A program made the translations under genes and the position numbers. The notes beneath the pieces are model-generated. The model made no database searches and was not told the origin of the DNA. It was given only the letters and a program-made list of their open reading frames with translations. Below are positions 41,591 to 51,543 of a stretch of DNA of 64,000 nucleotides, piece after piece. Source of the stretch: an uncultured bacterium (lineage in GTDB: Bacteria; Abyssobacteria; SURF-5); assembly GCA_964607485.1 (NCBI GenBank), contig CAZSKP010000004.1:125509-189508 (forward strand), written 5' to 3'. Position 1 is the first letter of the stretch. Each line of letters begins with the position of its first letter.

Positions 41591-41631
41591 GCCGACCGGG
41601 GTCTGCATTTCTTGCCCGAACCAAAAGCGGC

Positions 41632-41660
41632 TTGACAAGAACGAGTTTCTTTCGTAGTAT
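41632..41660 (+). promoter_or_regulatory. Sigma70-type promoter of cmoA
   Basis: TTGACA-17 bp-TAGTAT. Confidence 0.6.
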
Positions 41661-41776
41661 CATGACCGATGTTGGCTTCTTGAAGTTATCATTTTCTGCG
41701 AGAGACGACATCGAGGGATGAACATCATCCTCACAGGCCGACCCGTTACCATCCTGCCTTGAAAGGAGAAACTCCC

Positions 41777-42517
41777 ATGGAGAAGCCTCCCGAGGGAAAA
41801 GATAAACTGTTTGACGACAAGAGGGACCTCATATCCGACTTCAACTTTGGGAAGGACACGGCGAACGTTTTCGACGACATGCTCGACCGCTCGGTCCCTT
41901 ATTATCGCGAGATTCAGCGCATGATCGGCGAGATCGCCGCGGATTTCGCCGTTCCGGGGACCAACCTTTACGATTTAGGATGCTCGACGGGGAACACGTT
42001 CCTGTTCATTGACGAAGCGGTTCCCAACGACGTGGCCTTCATTGGAATCGACTCTTCGAAAGAAATGCTGGAAAAGGCGGAAGAAAAACTTCGCAGTGCG
42101 GGCTTCTCCAGAAAGTACGAACTGATTCCGCTCGATCTGAACAAGGGCATTCCCATCACCGACGCTTCCGTTGTCATCATGACTCTGACACTGCAATTCG
42201 TCAGGCCTCTTTTCCGCCAGAAAATTGTTCAGAACATTGCGGGCGGTCTGAATGAGGGAGGATGTTTCATTCTGGTCGAGAAAGTCCTGAGCCGCGATTC
42301 GACCGTGAACCGGCTTTTCATCAAACACTACTATGAGATGAAGAGGCGTAAGGGCTACAGCGAGCTGGAGATTTCTCAGAAGAGAGAGGCTTTGGAAAAC
42401 GTGCTCATTCCCTACCATCTCGAGGAGAACAGGGAGCTTCTTTTGAGCAATGGCTTCAAAGCCTGCGACATTTTTTTCAAATGGTATAACTTCTGCGGAA
42501 TTTTGGCTCTGAAGTAA
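41777..42517 (+). CDS. cmoA: Carboxy-S-adenosyl-L-methionine synthase CmoA
   Basis: VFDDMLDRSVPYY, YDLGCSTG, TLQF, KREALENVL, WYNF. Confidence 0.88.
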   Translation: MEKPPEGKDKLFDDKRDLISDFNFGKDTANVFDDMLDRSVPYYREIQRMIGEIAADFAVPGTNLYDLGCSTGNTFLFIDEAVPNDVAFIGIDSSKEMLEKAEEKLRSAGFSRKYELIPLDLNKGIPITDASVVIMTLTLQFVRPLFRQKIVQNIAGGLNEGGCFILVEKVLSRDSTVNRLFIKHYYEMKRRKGYSELEISQKREALENVLIPYHLEENRELLLSNGFKACDIFFKWYNFCGILALK

Positions 42518-42534
42518 GCGGAGTAGAGGAGTCC

Positions 42535-43320
42535 ATGCGAGAGAGTCCGGAAATAGAGAAACAATTCGACGATACGCGCGATGTCTCCCCGTTTCAACGG
42601 TTCATGTTGGCCTCGGGGAATTTTTTCTTCCGATTCCGGAACGCCCTGTTCCCGGCTGTCGTCGTCGCCCTGTTGTTATTCACGAGGCCCGCATTGTTCT
42701 TCGGCAGCGCGTCGCTCGACCGCGTGGTCACCGCGCTCGGCGTCGCCGTCACGCTGGCGGGGCAATGCTTCCGTCTGCTGGTAATCGGCTTTGTGTATAT
42801 CAAGAGGGGCGGCAAGGACGGCCGCATCTATGCCAAGAACCTGGTCACGGAGGGATTCTACGCCCACACGCGCAATCCCATGTATGTCGGCAACTTCCTG
42901 ATCGTCCTCGGACTGGGCATGATATACGGCGCGCCTCAGGTGTACTTCATCGTGGTTCCTTTCTTCGCCTTCGTGTACCTGTCGATTGTCACGGCAGAGG
43001 AAAGATACCTGAGGCAGCGGTTCGGCGACGAATTCGACGAATACGTGCGTAACGTCAACCGCTTCATTCCGAACTTTAGGGGAATCCGGAAGTCGTTAAG
43101 AGAATTTCACTACGACTGGAAGCGCGCCCTGAGGAAGGACTACGGGGTCTTGTATGAGACTCTCGTCGCAATCTGTCTCACTCACCTGTGGAAGACCTAT
43201 TACCTGTACGGCTACGCCGGCCGCGAGAAACAATTCCTGGCCTTCGCGGTCCTGATAGGGGTCTTGTCCCTCCTGTATCTTCTCGCACGATACCTCAAGC
43301 TCACAAAACGCCTGCGGTAG
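42535..43320 (+). CDS. Isoprenylcysteine carboxyl methyltransferase (ICMT/PEMT) family membrane protein
   Basis: LVTEGFYAHTRNPMYVG, EERYLRQRFG..F..Y...V.RFIP. Confidence 0.88.
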   Translation: MRESPEIEKQFDDTRDVSPFQRFMLASGNFFFRFRNALFPAVVVALLLFTRPALFFGSASLDRVVTALGVAVTLAGQCFRLLVIGFVYIKRGGKDGRIYAKNLVTEGFYAHTRNPMYVGNFLIVLGLGMIYGAPQVYFIVVPFFAFVYLSIVTAEERYLRQRFGDEFDEYVRNVNRFIPNFRGIRKSLREFHYDWKRALRKDYGVLYETLVAICLTHLWKTYYLYGYAGREKQFLAFAVLIGVLSLLYLLARYLKLTKRLR

Positions 43321-43376
43321 GGGGTTGCCCCATGTGCGCTTTACGAATTCAGCCGACGCGCGACTGACTGTCTAAT

Positions 43377-43402
43377 GTCATTCCCGCTTTTGCGGGAATG
43401 AG
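43377..43402. repeat. Collapsed GTCATTCCC hairpin between convergent genes
   Basis: GTCATTCCCGCTTTTGCGGGAATGAG. Confidence 0.7.
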
Positions 43403-43452
43403 AAGAGGCGGGACCTTGCCTATGCAGGCCTCAGTAATTATCGGGAAAGTTC

Positions 43453-44544
43453 TCACAGATACGTATCGAGGCCGCGTTTCTTTAGTTCGTCCACGACGCG
43501 TCGCACGTCGGGAGCGCGGTCTTTCGCGCACACCAGGATCGCGTCCTCGGTCTCGATGATGACGATGTCTTTCAGTCCGATGACGGCGACCAGCTTCTTG
43601 GTGCTGTGGATGATGTTGCCCGACGATTCGATGGAGAGCACCTCGGCGTTCAGGAAGTTGCCGTCGGCGTCCTTCGGCCATATCTGTTCCATGGCGGCCC
43701 AACTGCCGATGTCGTTCCATCCGAAATCGCCCTTGAGCAGCAGAACCTTCTTGGCCTTTTCCATGACGCCGAAGTCGATGGACTCGGGCTGGAGCGAGGC
43801 GTACACCTTCTCGACGGCTTTCCTCTCGGTGCCTTCGGCGATGGCCGCCTCTATCTTCATCAGCCCGTCGTAGAGTTCGGGCAGGTGGGTGCGAATCTCT
43901 TCGAGTATCGTGTTCGCGGTCCAGACGAACATGCCGCTATTCCACATGTAGTTGCCCGCTTTGAGGAACTTCTTCGCCACGGCGCGCGTGGGCTTTTCCT
44001 TGAAGGCGACGACCTCATAGACATCCTCGCCGTTGACGCTGTCCACCTTGTCGCCGATCTGAATGTAACCGTAGCCCGTCTCGGCGAAGGTGGGCTCGAT
44101 GCCGATGGTGACCAGGTGGTTTCCCTTCCGGGCGACCTCGGCGGCGGCCCTGGCCACCTTGCGGAAGCGGCTGGCGTTTCCGATGAGATGGTCGGAGGGC
44201 AGGACGAGCATGACGGCGTCTTTCCGACGCGCCCTGATGTGGATTGCGGCCAGCCCGATGCACGGCGCCGTGTTCTTGCCTTCGGGCTCGATGATGATAT
44301 TTTCGCTGGGGACCTCGGCAAGCTGCCTGTCTATCTCCTTGAAATGGATGTCTCCGACCACGATTATCACGTGGCTGCCGTCAACGAGCGGGCTCAGTCG
44401 CTCGACGGTTTCCTGTATCATGGTCTTGTTGCTGACGATGTCGAGGAGCTGCTTGGGCTTTGTCCTGCGGCTTCTCGGCCACAACCTCGTGCCCGAGCCC
44501 CCGGCCATTATGACCACATAAAGCTGGCTGTCCTTCTTTGTCAT
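43453..44544 (-). CDS. manC: Mannose-1-phosphate guanylyltransferase
   Basis: IMAGGSGTRLWPRSR..PKQ, EPEGKNTAP, PSDH, ETGYGYI, WNSGMF, SIDFGVME, WNDIGSW. Confidence 0.93.
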   Translation of the reverse strand: MTKKDSQLYVVIMAGGSGTRLWPRSRRTKPKQLLDIVSNKTMIQETVERLSPLVDGSHVIIVVGDIHFKEIDRQLAEVPSENIIIEPEGKNTAPCIGLAAIHIRARRKDAVMLVLPSDHLIGNASRFRKVARAAAEVARKGNHLVTIGIEPTFAETGYGYIQIGDKVDSVNGEDVYEVVAFKEKPTRAVAKKFLKAGNYMWNSGMFVWTANTILEEIRTHLPELYDGLMKIEAAIAEGTERKAVEKVYASLQPESIDFGVMEKAKKVLLLKGDFGWNDIGSWAAMEQIWPKDADGNFLNAEVLSIESSGNIIHSTKKLVAVIGLKDIVIIETEDAILVCAKDRAPDVRRVVDELKKRGLDTYL

Positions 44545-44645
44545 ACCTCTACCCCCCTGGTCCCAAGAAGAGGAACGCGCCGCCTCGGTGCGAGGAAACC
44601 GCGTCATGGGATTTCAGCGCCCGTTTCCGCCTCTGAACGAGCGAG

Positions 44646-45353
44646 TCAATTCTTTTCGAAATATTCACGCGCCTCCTTGTGCATCCGATTCAGTTGGTCC
44701 GTGAGGCCGGCCCGAATCTGTTCCAACTGTTCATTCGTCGCGTCGGGCGGCACGAATATCGGCGGCTCGTAGAAGAACACGATTCGAGTGAACGGCAGCG
44801 GCAGGAGCGTTTTGTCCCAACTGTTGAACATGATCTTTCTCTTCGCCCACCACATCACGGGAATCAACGGCAGGCCCGTGTCCCTCGCCAGTCTTATTAT
44901 ACCAATTTTGGCGACGCCGAACGGTCCGCGCGGCGCGTCGGCGACCAATCCGCCGCTGCAATGCGTGCGGTTGATTGTGTCGATCATCACCTCGAGCGCC
45001 TGCTTTCCGCCACGCGTGCTCGACCCGCGAGCGCTCTGGTAGCCGAACAGTTTCAGGACTCGGGCGATCACTTCGCCGTCCTTGCTTTGGCTCACCATGA
45101 TGAGCCCGTCCCGGTTGCGGAAATAATACACGTAGTACAGCAATCCCTGATGCCACGAGACGAACAGGCTGGGCTTGCCCTCGCGCAGGAACTGGTCCTC
45201 GTTTTCCTTTCCGATGATGGTGATCCGGCAGGTGCGGTATATCGCGGTCGCAACGAGGTAGAACAACCTCGGCGCAATCGCCAGCAGGAGGCGAAACTTC
45301 CAACCGTATTTTGCCTCAGATTCGCCGGCCAATGCGCGCGTCTCCGTCGTCAT
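44646..45353 (-). CDS. DUF374 / lysophospholipid acyltransferase family protein
   Basis: WHQ, SQSKDGE, RGSSTRGG, DAPRGP, SWD...P.PF. Confidence 0.85.
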   Translation of the reverse strand: MTTETRALAGESEAKYGWKFRLLLAIAPRLFYLVATAIYRTCRITIIGKENEDQFLREGKPSLFVSWHQGLLYYVYYFRNRDGLIMVSQSKDGEVIARVLKLFGYQSARGSSTRGGKQALEVMIDTINRTHCSGGLVADAPRGPFGVAKIGIIRLARDTGLPLIPVMWWAKRKIMFNSWDKTLLPLPFTRIVFFYEPPIFVPPDATNEQLEQIRAGLTDQLNRMHKEAREYFEKN

Positions 45354-45354
45354 G

Positions 45355-46194
45355 TCAGCCCTTGAAGATGCCGAGCGCGATCGCCACCAGCCCGACCGCC
45401 CAACAATAATATGCGAACAGATGAATCCTGCCCCGCTTGACGACTCTCAACAATACCACCAGCGCGGTGATTCCGGCAACGGCCGCCACGAGCGTTCCGC
45501 ACAGCATCGCCGGCATGCTCGCCGAAGCAGGCGCCGTGTTGCCGGCAGCCGAATGGCCTTTCAGTTCGAACGCGAGCGCGCCCAGTATCGCCGGGACCGC
45601 CAGCAGAAACGAAAATCGCGCCGCCAGCTCGCGCGGCACACCGAGCAGGAGCCCGACGGCTATCGTCGCGCCCGACCGGGATATGCCCGGAACGATTGCG
45701 AGGCCTTGCGCCGTTCCTATCAGAAGGGCGTGCACCAGTCCGACGCGTTCCGGAGCACCCGCCCCCGCGTCGGCCTCAGGCTCGCTCCTCCAGACAGTGC
45801 CTATGAGAACCAGCCCCGTGATCAGGAGCCCGATGCCGGCTGCGGTCGTCGAGGCGAACATCCGCTCGAATTGCTTTGAGAAGACTACCCCGATGAACGC
45901 CGTAGGGACGCATCCGACCGCGATTGCCGCAAGCATCCTTTCGGCCGGTTGCTCGCCCAGATTTCTGTTGACGGCGATTCTGATTGCCGCCCGGACCAGC
46001 TCCACGACATCCTTTCGGAACACTATCAGGATGGCCGCGAGCGTGCCCGCGTGCAGCATCACGTCAAACAGCACCTGCGGCTCGCTCATGCCGAACAGGC
46101 CCTGCAATATGACCAGGTGCCCCGAACTGCTTATGGGCAGGAATTCGGTGATGCCCTGCACCAGCCCCAGAATCACCGATTCAATAAGAGAAAT
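45355..46194 (-). CDS. uppP: Undecaprenyl-diphosphate phosphatase; probable ATT start at 46194 (GTG at 46176 is the alternative)
   Basis: LGLVQGITEFLPISSSGHL, PGISRSGAT, RFSFLL. Confidence 0.93.
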   Translation of the reverse strand: MSLIESVILGLVQGITEFLPISSSGHLVILQGLFGMSEPQVLFDVMLHAGTLAAILIVFRKDVVELVRAAIRIAVNRNLGEQPAERMLAAIAVGCVPTAFIGVVFSKQFERMFASTTAAGIGLLITGLVLIGTVWRSEPEADAGAGAPERVGLVHALLIGTAQGLAIVPGISRSGATIAVGLLLGVPRELAARFSFLLAVPAILGALAFELKGHSAAGNTAPASASMPAMLCGTLVAAVAGITALVVLLRVVKRGRIHLFAYYCWAVGLVAIALGIFKG

Positions 46195-46209
46195 GGAAGC
46201 GCCCTCGTT

Positions 46210-47289
46210 TCAAAAGACGACCCTGCGGATCGCCTCTTCGGCTATGCCGCTCGACCGAAGTTTCCCCACTATCTCCGCTTCAACATCCGGCACGAATATC
46301 CTCAGCAGCGCGCAACCGGCGGAGGGTACGATTGCGTAATCGCCCAGGCAGGCGGGAATGAGCGCCGAGTCGCCGGTCGAGACGGGAGTCTCATGCCCCT
46401 GCTTCGTCCGGATGACGGCGTTTCCGCTGACCATCATGAGCGATTCAAACCTCTTTCCGCCGGTCGATTCTTCCGTCGGTTCTTCGAGCGTCAGCAACTG
46501 GACGGCGAAGTATCGGCAGGCGACGAGGTATGCGCGCCTGTTCTTTCCCTCCAGCACCTCTATCGACTGCACCTTGTCGGGCGAACGGTCCTCGAAGTTG
46601 ATGGACCCAAGCGCCTGCTCGATGTGAAGCTGCCGGGGCTTGCCGTCGGCTTCGACCCTCCCCCAATCATACACGCGGTACGTGGTGTCGGAGTTCTGCT
46701 GAATCTCGCAGATGACCAGCCCCTTGCCCATCGCGTGCACGCAGCCTGCAGGGACGAACACCATGTCGCCCGCCGAGACGGGGAACGAATTCAACACATC
46801 GGGCACGGTATCATTGCGGATGGCGCTCTCGAAGGCCTCCTTCGTGACGCCCGGCCTGAGCCCTTTCACCAGCGTCGTTTCGGGGTCGGCGTGGATGATG
46901 TACCACGCCTCGGTCTTGGCCTCGGCGTCCGCGACCTCGGCGGCGGCTTTCTCATTGGGATGCACCTGAACCGACAGCAGGCTGTTGGCGTCGATGAACT
47001 TGTTGAGGAGAGGAAAGCGCTTGAGACCGGCGGGGGAGGAGCCGACGAGCGCCTCACCGTCCGCCTCGAACACATCGGCCAGCGTGCGGCCGGCCAGCTC
47101 GCCGTTCCTGATGAGATTGTTGTCGTCGCCCCGGCAGGATACTTCCCATGACTCGCCGATGGGCTCATCGGGAGGGAGCTTCTTGCCGAGCATTTGCTCC
47201 AGCCTTCGTCCGCCCCAGATGCGATACTTGAATATCGGCTCAAGGACGAGCGGATAGAGCCGGGGCGTGTCCTTTCTTGAGGATTTCAT
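46210..47289 (-). CDS. manA: Type I phosphomannose isomerase
   Basis: IWGG, GESWE, LSVQVHP, KTEAW, GCVHA, EIQQNSDTTYRVYDW. Confidence 0.92.
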   Translation of the reverse strand: MKSSRKDTPRLYPLVLEPIFKYRIWGGRRLEQMLGKKLPPDEPIGESWEVSCRGDDNNLIRNGELAGRTLADVFEADGEALVGSSPAGLKRFPLLNKFIDANSLLSVQVHPNEKAAAEVADAEAKTEAWYIIHADPETTLVKGLRPGVTKEAFESAIRNDTVPDVLNSFPVSAGDMVFVPAGCVHAMGKGLVICEIQQNSDTTYRVYDWGRVEADGKPRQLHIEQALGSINFEDRSPDKVQSIEVLEGKNRRAYLVACRYFAVQLLTLEEPTEESTGGKRFESLMMVSGNAVIRTKQGHETPVSTGDSALIPACLGDYAIVPSAGCALLRIFVPDVEAEIVGKLRSSGIAEEAIRRVVF

Positions 47290-47342
47290 ATCGCGGGCAC
47301 GTCTGTATCGGGGAATCGCCTTGCGACTGGCAACGTCGCCGG

Positions 47343-48314
47343 CTATTGAACGATACCGTTCAGCCTTGTCAGTATCTCTCTCGCGCCGTTTACGATGTTG
47401 TCGATAACCTGCTTTACGGTGAGCACCTCGTGTATCAGCCCCACGTTTTCTCCGCAGGCGATGGTGGCGCCGTCGAGGTCGCCGCTCGTCCATGCCTGCT
47501 GTCCGACCTTGCCGCTGATGTACACGATCAGTTCGTCCAGTGTTGCGCCCTGCTGCTCCATCTCGAGCACCTTCTGCGACGTTTCGTTCTTCATCACTCT
47601 GACGGCGTTGCGGATGGAACGCTCGATAATCATCGTGTCGGTTTCCTGCGCCTCGACGAGCCATTCCTTAAAGTTGGGATGCGCCGGGCACTCCTTGGTC
47701 GCCAGGAAGCGCGTGCCCATCACGACGCCTTCCGCTCCCAGCGCGAGCGCGGCCAGGAAGCCGCGCGCATCGGCGATGCCCCCGCCCGCTATCACGGGTA
47801 TGCTGACGCTTTCGGCGGCGCGTGGAATGAGTATCATCGATGTCACGTCGTCCATGCCCGGATGCCCGCCGCACTCGAAGCCGACGATGGTCACCGCGTC
47901 GGCCCCGACCGCCTCCGCCTTTCGGGCGAACCGGACGGCCGGCACTTTGTGTATCAGCTTCACGCCCGCCTCTTTGAGGGCGGGAACGTATGGTTCGGGA
48001 TTGCGGCCCGACGTTTCGACCACGGGCACTTTCTCGTCCGCTATCACCTCGATGTACCTCTTGGTGGTGTCGCCTTCCATGATGACGGGCAGCATCGACA
48101 CGTTCACGCCGACGGGCTTCTTGGTGAGCGAGCGCGCCTTTTGCAGTTCGTCACGAAGCTCGGATGGGTCGGGAAACGAGGCGGCCGTCATGAAGCCCAA
48201 TCCGCCCGCTTCGGAAACCGCGGAGGCGAGCTCGGCCCTGCTCAGCCACTGCATTCCTCCCTGGATGATTGGATATTCTATTCCAAGCAATTCGGTTATT
48301 CGTGTCTTGAACAT
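47343..48314 (-). CDS. Nitronate monooxygenase / FabK-like FMN oxidoreductase
   Basis: PIIQGGM, GFECGGH, VIAGGGIAD, GVVMGTRF. Confidence 0.9.
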   Translation of the reverse strand: MFKTRITELLGIEYPIIQGGMQWLSRAELASAVSEAGGLGFMTAASFPDPSELRDELQKARSLTKKPVGVNVSMLPVIMEGDTTKRYIEVIADEKVPVVETSGRNPEPYVPALKEAGVKLIHKVPAVRFARKAEAVGADAVTIVGFECGGHPGMDDVTSMILIPRAAESVSIPVIAGGGIADARGFLAALALGAEGVVMGTRFLATKECPAHPNFKEWLVEAQETDTMIIERSIRNAVRVMKNETSQKVLEMEQQGATLDELIVYISGKVGQQAWTSGDLDGATIACGENVGLIHEVLTVKQVIDNIVNGAREILTRLNGIVQ

Positions 48315-48429
48315 ATCCTCTCCTCTCCCTCTGTCAGAACTTATTTGCCTTCGTTCCTATTGGAGACAGCGCTCAAGTTGTGGCAATCCTTCGCCTGTCC
48401 GGCCCAAGCCGGGACCGGGCCGGTTCGCA

Positions 48430-49797
48430 TCAGGCTTTCTTCTTGTTCTTCTTGAGGACCTTTTGCAGCTCGTCTTCGATCAGCTTTCTGATCTCGTCGC
48501 GGCGCTTCTCGCTCGTGGCCTCGAATCTCAGGACGAGAACCGGCTGTGTGTTGGACGCCCGCACCAGCCCCCACCCGTCCTCGAACGTGACGCGCGCACC
48601 GTCCACATCGACGACGTCGTAGTCGTTTTCCTTGAAGTACCGGGTTATTTCCTCGACGACTTTGAACTTGATTTCCTCGGGACATTCCATCCGAATTTCG
48701 GGAGTCGAGTACATCTTGGGCACGTCCGAGAGCATCGTGCTCAAGGGCTTCTGCGACTTCGCGAGAATCTCCAGCAGCCTGCACGATGAGTAGATGGCGT
48801 CGTCGTAACCGAAGTATCTGTCGGCGAAGAAGATGTGCCCGCTCATCTCGCCCGAGACGGCCGCATTCGTCTCCTTCATCTTCTGCTTGATGAGCGAGTG
48901 GCCCGTCTTCCACATGATGGGCTTGCCGCCGTGTTTGGCGATGTCGTCGAAGAGCGCCTTCGAGCTCTTGACCTCGGAGATGACCACCGAGCCGGGCTTT
49001 CGGGAGAGAATCTCGCGCGCGAACAGAATGAGCAGTTGGTCTCCCCACAGGATGTTTCCCTTGTCGTCTATGATGCCCAGCCTGTCGGCGTCGCCGTCGT
49101 AGGCGATGCCGCAATCGTATCCCTCTTTCTTGACGCGGCCCATGATTTCCTCGATGTACTTGGGAACGGTGGGGTCGGGGTGATGGTTGGGGAAGCTGCC
49201 GTCCATCTCGCAGTACATCTCCTCGACCTCACAGCCGAGGTCGCGAATCAGCTTGGGCGCCACGGGGCCGGCGGTGCCGTTGCCGGCGTCGAGGATGACT
49301 CTGAGCGGGCGTTCGACCTTGATATTCTCGGTGACGAATTTCTGGTATTCCGGGATGATGTCGTAGTCGCTGACCGTTCCGCGGCTTCCGGCGAAACGGC
49401 CTTTCTCGCACACCAGCCTGAGCTTCTGAATCTCCTCACCGAAGATCGTGCTCTTGCCGATGCATACCTTGAACCCATTCTGATCCGGCGGGTTGTGACT
49501 GCCGGTGATGTGCATGCCGCCCTCTTTTTCGAGGTGAAACAGCGAGAAATAGAACACCGGGGTCGGACATATTCCGATGTCCACCACGTTCAGCCCGGTC
49601 GAGAGCATGGCGTCGAGGAGCACCTTGTGCAGGCGCGGCGAGCTGAGGCGGCAATCGCGACCGAGCACCACCTGCTTCTTGCCGAAGCTTTGCGCATAGG
49701 TGCCGAATGCCTTCCCGATGCACGCGGCGACGTCGTCGGTCAAGTCCCGGTCGGCCACGCCTCGAATATCGTATTCCCGAAAAATATCAGGGTTCAT
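48430..49797 (-). CDS. Phosphomannomutase/phosphoglucomutase
   Basis: IFREYDIRG, ITGSHNP, DGDADR, GEMSGH, RASNTQP. Confidence 0.95.
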   Translation of the reverse strand: MNPDIFREYDIRGVADRDLTDDVAACIGKAFGTYAQSFGKKQVVLGRDCRLSSPRLHKVLLDAMLSTGLNVVDIGICPTPVFYFSLFHLEKEGGMHITGSHNPPDQNGFKVCIGKSTIFGEEIQKLRLVCEKGRFAGSRGTVSDYDIIPEYQKFVTENIKVERPLRVILDAGNGTAGPVAPKLIRDLGCEVEEMYCEMDGSFPNHHPDPTVPKYIEEIMGRVKKEGYDCGIAYDGDADRLGIIDDKGNILWGDQLLILFAREILSRKPGSVVISEVKSSKALFDDIAKHGGKPIMWKTGHSLIKQKMKETNAAVSGEMSGHIFFADRYFGYDDAIYSSCRLLEILAKSQKPLSTMLSDVPKMYSTPEIRMECPEEIKFKVVEEITRYFKENDYDVVDVDGARVTFEDGWGLVRASNTQPVLVLRFEATSEKRRDEIRKLIEDELQKVLKKNKKKA

Positions 49798-50017
49798 CGC
49801 CTTGCTCCTTTCTCGCTGAGCGGGTGAGCTGCGGAGCCTTCGGACGCATCCGGCGATTGGAGAGCTTCGCGCCAATTGTGCGCATTATGATATATCATCT
49901 CCGCCGGCGTTTTCAAGTACGGCTCGGCAGTTTCCGCGCCGCCCGACCGGCATGCGCACGACGCAACAAGAAGCCGGACGGTCACAGGTTCATTATAAAC
50001 GTGGCGCGGCTCGGGCG

Positions 50018-51517
50018 CTACTCGTTAAAGGCGTCGCACAGTTTCTGCTTCACACGCTCGGGCCGGGCGAACAGGCCCACCATCCTGATACTCACCGTTA
50101 TCAGGCTTCGGCCGCTCAGGCTGTCGACATGGCAGCGAACCTGATACCACGGCATGTATATCCGAAGCGCCATCAAAATCATCAGGAAAGTGGTGGAGAC
50201 CCAGAGAGGCGGAACGGCGGGGTCGTATCTGTAGCTCAGGACACTGCTCTCCCTCAGGTTGGTGAGCGTCATCTGGGCGCGCATCGCTTCCACCGGTCTC
50301 CCCAGCGGCAGCTCGGCGACCGTGCTCCATTTGCGGCCGACCTCCCCGGCAGGGGGACGATACTGGAGCTTCGCCGACGGAGACAGCGGCGCAACCGTGC
50401 CGTCGTACCCGTACAGCGTTCCGACGCGGGGCGTCCTCACGCGGAACTCGCCTTCCATCTGGAGAACCGTGAAGGGCTTATCGGCGAGGATGTCGTTGAG
50501 CGTTTCCGTGCCTATCCGCAGGTCGAACTTGTATTCGTAACCCTCCTGGTAGAACGTGAGGCCGGCATAGCGGAGCGGGTCGTTCACCTCTATCCTCTTC
50601 TGCGCGACGAGCCTGCCGTCCTCGTACACCTTGAGCCGGCTGAACCAATCGCGAGGATACAGGGAGTCGCCTGTGAGCTTGTAGCCGACGGTTTGTCCTC
50701 TCAATCCCCATGCCGCCGACAAGCGGTTCGCCGGCTCGTCGGGGTATTGGAGCGTGGGCTTCTGTGTGTACTCGGTCACGAAACTTTCGAGCTCGACCTC
50801 TACGTGTTTCGGATGCAGCTTGGCCGGGTGGCCGAGCAGCCGCGTCAGCCTTCGCCAGGCCGTCGTGGGCGAGTTCAGCGGCACGGCCTTCCTTTCGCCG
50901 GCGGCGATAGTGAGGGAATCCTCGAACGCCAGCAGGTACGTCACGCAGAATCCGCCGATTGCGACAAGAATGCAGAGGTGATAGGCCCACGACACCCACC
51001 GGAAAGGGATTCCCTTTTCGGAGACCACCCTCTTCACGTTCGCATCTTCGGAGTAGTATCTCAGTCGTCTGAACCCCATGCGCTTGAGCGTCTTCTCGAT
51101 GTCCGGGCCCGTTCCGTCGGCGGAGTTCGAGACCGAAAAGGAATGCTCGCGGTGCAGGAGAGATTCGCGCGTGAACAGGCCGAATTTGGGCCTCTTGCGC
51201 AGTACGCCCAGCCTGTGGATGGAGCAAAGCAGCAGGTGAAGCGCAAACAGCGACGCCGCGAGCGTGAAATACCATGAATGGAAAAGGTCAAGGAGGTCCA
51301 GCCCGCCGACCAGCGCGACGAATTTCCCCCCGGCGTCACGGTATCTGTCGAGCCTGTCGGGGTCGGAATTTTGGGGGAAGACCGTCCCGACGAAGAACAG
51401 GAACGCGAACACGCCCAGAAATACCAGCGACGTCTTTATCGAGACCATCGTGCGGTATAGCCCGCCTCGGTCGCGCGTTTCATCTCTTTTCGAAGTCTTA
51501 TTTGTGGTCTCAGCCAT
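50018..51517 (-). CDS. resB: Cytochrome c biogenesis protein ResB/CcsB
   Basis: GTVFPQ, LFHSWYF, LLCS, AYHL, VNDPLRY.G.TFYQ, YDP; ATG 51517 with RBS GGAGG. Confidence 0.85.
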   Translation of the reverse strand: MAETTNKTSKRDETRDRGGLYRTMVSIKTSLVFLGVFAFLFFVGTVFPQNSDPDRLDRYRDAGGKFVALVGGLDLLDLFHSWYFTLAASLFALHLLLCSIHRLGVLRKRPKFGLFTRESLLHREHSFSVSNSADGTGPDIEKTLKRMGFRRLRYYSEDANVKRVVSEKGIPFRWVSWAYHLCILVAIGGFCVTYLLAFEDSLTIAAGERKAVPLNSPTTAWRRLTRLLGHPAKLHPKHVEVELESFVTEYTQKPTLQYPDEPANRLSAAWGLRGQTVGYKLTGDSLYPRDWFSRLKVYEDGRLVAQKRIEVNDPLRYAGLTFYQEGYEYKFDLRIGTETLNDILADKPFTVLQMEGEFRVRTPRVGTLYGYDGTVAPLSPSAKLQYRPPAGEVGRKWSTVAELPLGRPVEAMRAQMTLTNLRESSVLSYRYDPAVPPLWVSTTFLMILMALRIYMPWYQVRCHVDSLSGRSLITVSIRMVGLFARPERVKQKLCDAFNE

Positions 51518-51543
51518 TTCGCGGCCGGCCTCCAACGGGAATT

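Noticed and set aside
46195-46212. manA-uppP fusion by readthrough of the in-frame TGA
   Set aside because: No SECIS-like hairpin, no Cys column, and an SD sits in the spacer; separate initiation is simpler.
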